From Tubiluchus corallicola (taxonomy: Eukaryota > Animalia > Priapulida): DNA of 64,000 nucleotides. Numbering within the stretch: position 1 is the stretch's first letter; every line of letters begins with the position of its first letter. The notes beneath the pieces are model-generated. The model was given only the letters and a program-made list of their open reading frames with translations. It did not search any database and was not told the origin of the DNA. Position numbers and translations under genes: made by a program. Where the stretch lies: contig JAQGDQ010000061.1 of NCBI GenBank assembly GCA_030141605.1, positions 186,001 through 250,000 on the forward strand, read 5' to 3'. Below, piece after piece: positions 61,316 through 64,000 of this stretch.

Positions 61316-61988
61316 ACCCTTGCTGCTCTTTCTCTGCACCTCGGTAAATTATACAGCCAAAACGCAAAGTTCCTGCATATTACGCAAGCTTTCAAGATTT
61401 TGCGCGGATGTAAAGCTGTAAATAATGCCTCCACTGGGAAAATCGGTTGTTTTGCACAACCTCCCGTTCATCTATGTCACGATTACGAGACGCAAGACAA
61501 CTATATATACGATTATGTGATATACACTAACAGCAAACCGTTACGTTAGGATAATCATTCATCACATAATTGTTATGAGTATGAAAAAACCTTTATTAGC
61601 TAAATAGTCACGTGAAGTAATAAAAATATGTTTTTTTTTCAAAATTCTTTCAACTGGCAAAATCTTATGTAAAGTACTTGTAACAGAAACTTCGTAACAC
61701 TCCATGGTATATTTATGATGGCTGATTTTTTACTTGGCTTTCTCTAAGATCAGAGCCATACTATTACTTTGCTTTGTTTAAATTTGGGAAATGCCAGGCA
61801 AATTTTACACGAGAAACACGACAACTGGATGTCTTTGCTGCTGCACTATAGATTGACAATAGTAAAGTTGTTTTGGATGATTCAAGTCATCGCTTTTTAT
61901 CGGGCTATTTGTCATAATCGCCACCCGTAGATTTGATACGACCCAGGTATTGTGGTACACCTTACCAGGTGACAAATTACATTTTTAC

Positions 61989-62073
61989 CTGCATCGAAGT
62001 GCAAGAACACGTGTCTTAAAGTTTGTGGAGAAAATGAAGCCGTGTGCAGGCTAACTACGAAATATGACAACAT
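61989..62073 (-). CDS. candidate first coding exon of otoferlin (MLSYFVVSLHTASFSPQTLRHVFLHFDA-G)
   Basis: ATG at 62073 (or 62085), CAG|gtaaaa donor in phase 1 that fits the 46997 acceptor; weak resemblance to the otoferlin N-terminus MALLIHLKTVS...RIAKVTFRG. Confidence 0.35.
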
Positions 62074-64000
62074 CGGATAGACCATTTTACCAGAAGTTGG
62101 CAATCTGTGTTCCCTTCTGGCTATAATAGCAAATGGTTAAAGCTGGCACCTATATTGCAAGTGTAAAGATCTAATATACAGTAGTAAATTGGTTAACTGG
62201 AACTCAATAGAAAGGGACGAAAAAACAAAGTGTGAGATTCCATTTCTGAGAGTCTTACATAACTTAAAGCCAAGTCTTATGCGATTACTGTATGATGTCA
62301 TAGTGAGCTAGAACAATCACCTTATATAAAAAAGTTAGATTTTAGGTTCAACAGTTAGTGATCTATTAGACTTTAAGATTCAGTAACTTGAAAATGCACA
62401 AGTCAATGCATAGAAATTGATGAGTAAAACATTTTAATAACATGCTTTAGTAATATGGCATCGGAATTCGACACGGTCAAGTTTAGTTCAATGATCAAAA
62501 GTCAAGCGTGTTTTTAGTCGGGTTTCTCAATGTGAGTTAGTGAGCACGAACCGAGAGAATTGCTCTACGGAATCGACAGAGCGTCAACAGATCTACAAAC
62601 TTGTTATTTTCCTGTATGTGGCGCGCATAGCCACGAAATATCGAACTAATGTTGCGAGCTGTTGTAAGACTTTAATGCAATGTTGGCAGGTGTACTAGTT
62701 TATAATTAATGATTTACGTCAGGCGAAATGATATAATTAAATGTGTAGTCGCATCTGACCGCTGCAGCATTGCAATAATCTTATATAATTCTGATGTCCT
62801 TCCCTAGAGCATTTAAATTACAGATAAGGCAGGATACATGGAGGTAAAACCTAATAGCGACTGTATCATGGTCTTTAGAAGCTGAAATGAGATTTCACGA
62901 GGAAGTATGTTGTATAACTCGATCTTGTATTCACTGACGAATAGTAGAAACTTTAGTAGGCTAGGTAGTGAAAGGTGACTTTAAACCTTTGATTTTTTTA
63001 CTTTGTGGTTAGTATAAAAAGCTTTTTCATTAGAAATGGAAAAAAAACAATTACGTATACACCAGGCACTGAATTTCATTTTTTCATCACGTGCAAAATA
63101 GATGGCTACCTGTATAATTTGTTAATATTATAAAATACAAAAAATAATATTTTGTTATTTTTGCGGTTTTTCTGTATTCTTTTTTCCTCACGAAGAGAGC
63201 CCATAGTGGTGGCCTGAAATGTCGTGCCTTTTTTTACTGTGGGATTTCTATTAATCTTGGAACATGGCACTTTGCTTTAGCTATACAGAATGAGAACGTG
63301 AACTGATTTTTACTTTGATATTCAAACAAAACTGCCATGAAAAATCCTAAGATGTCCTTGAAGCTCTTTCTTTTATTACACTGTTACATTTGTATACAGA
63401 ACTATTAAAGAAGTCATAGTATAGTTTATTGACGAACGACACAAAACAATATACAATACAATTTACATGTAAAAAATCACACAGCATACAAAGCATCCCA
63501 ACACTTGTGTATAATCGTCATAATTATTAAAACAGTAAAAGAAACAGTAGAGGTCAAACAGTAAATAATATCTGCGCGTTTACAAAAATAACATAATTAC
63601 AGGAATGCGCTTTTGCTATCAATTGGATATGATTTTCTGCGACTAAGATATTATTTTCTTCTTTTGAAACAGTCTGTAATATAGTTTGAAATTAAATTTG
63701 CAAGTTCACTTTGATTTCGATTCATTACAAATGTAAATTTTTCCTATACCGTAAGATTAATAAAGTTTGGGAAAATTTCATTGACTTGAAAAAACAGGCT
63801 ATGTCTTAAATCATTATAATGATTACATTCAATACATACAGTCATTGTCGCCGATACTGTCGCAGATACTGTCGCCGAGTGCGCCATCTCAACACTCGCC
63901 AAAGGGAACTTTAAAATTGTCATAAATCCGTCATTTACACATTTACTGTCCATATTTACAACTTATTACATTGTTACGTAAATGTCAGCTGCAGAGATTC

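Overview
AT-rich animal (invertebrate-like) genomic DNA. Most of the window is one multi-exon, minus-strand otoferlin (OTOF/FER1L2-type ferlin) gene. I traced it by hand from the C2A exon at 46850-46997 down to the start of C2F at 324-511. Splice phases join in one open frame, the gene continues past base 1, and the first coding exon is unresolved. The main observation is a tandem pair of paralogous 85-nt exons in C2B (37441-37525 and 36158-36242). Both are intact, they share about 11/28 residues, and only one can be used in frame, which indicates a mutually exclusive exon switch. Other splicing features are two GC-AG introns, a 63-nt symmetric cassette exon candidate after C2D, and several in-frame microexon and tandem-acceptor candidates in the C2DE-C2E linker. 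Introns contain a 34-bp minisatellite with 204-bp higher-order periodicity, MITEs, a degraded LINE, Helitron-like pieces, microsatellites and RFX X-box-like motifs. All coordinates were read manually, and no database search or RNA evidence was available.
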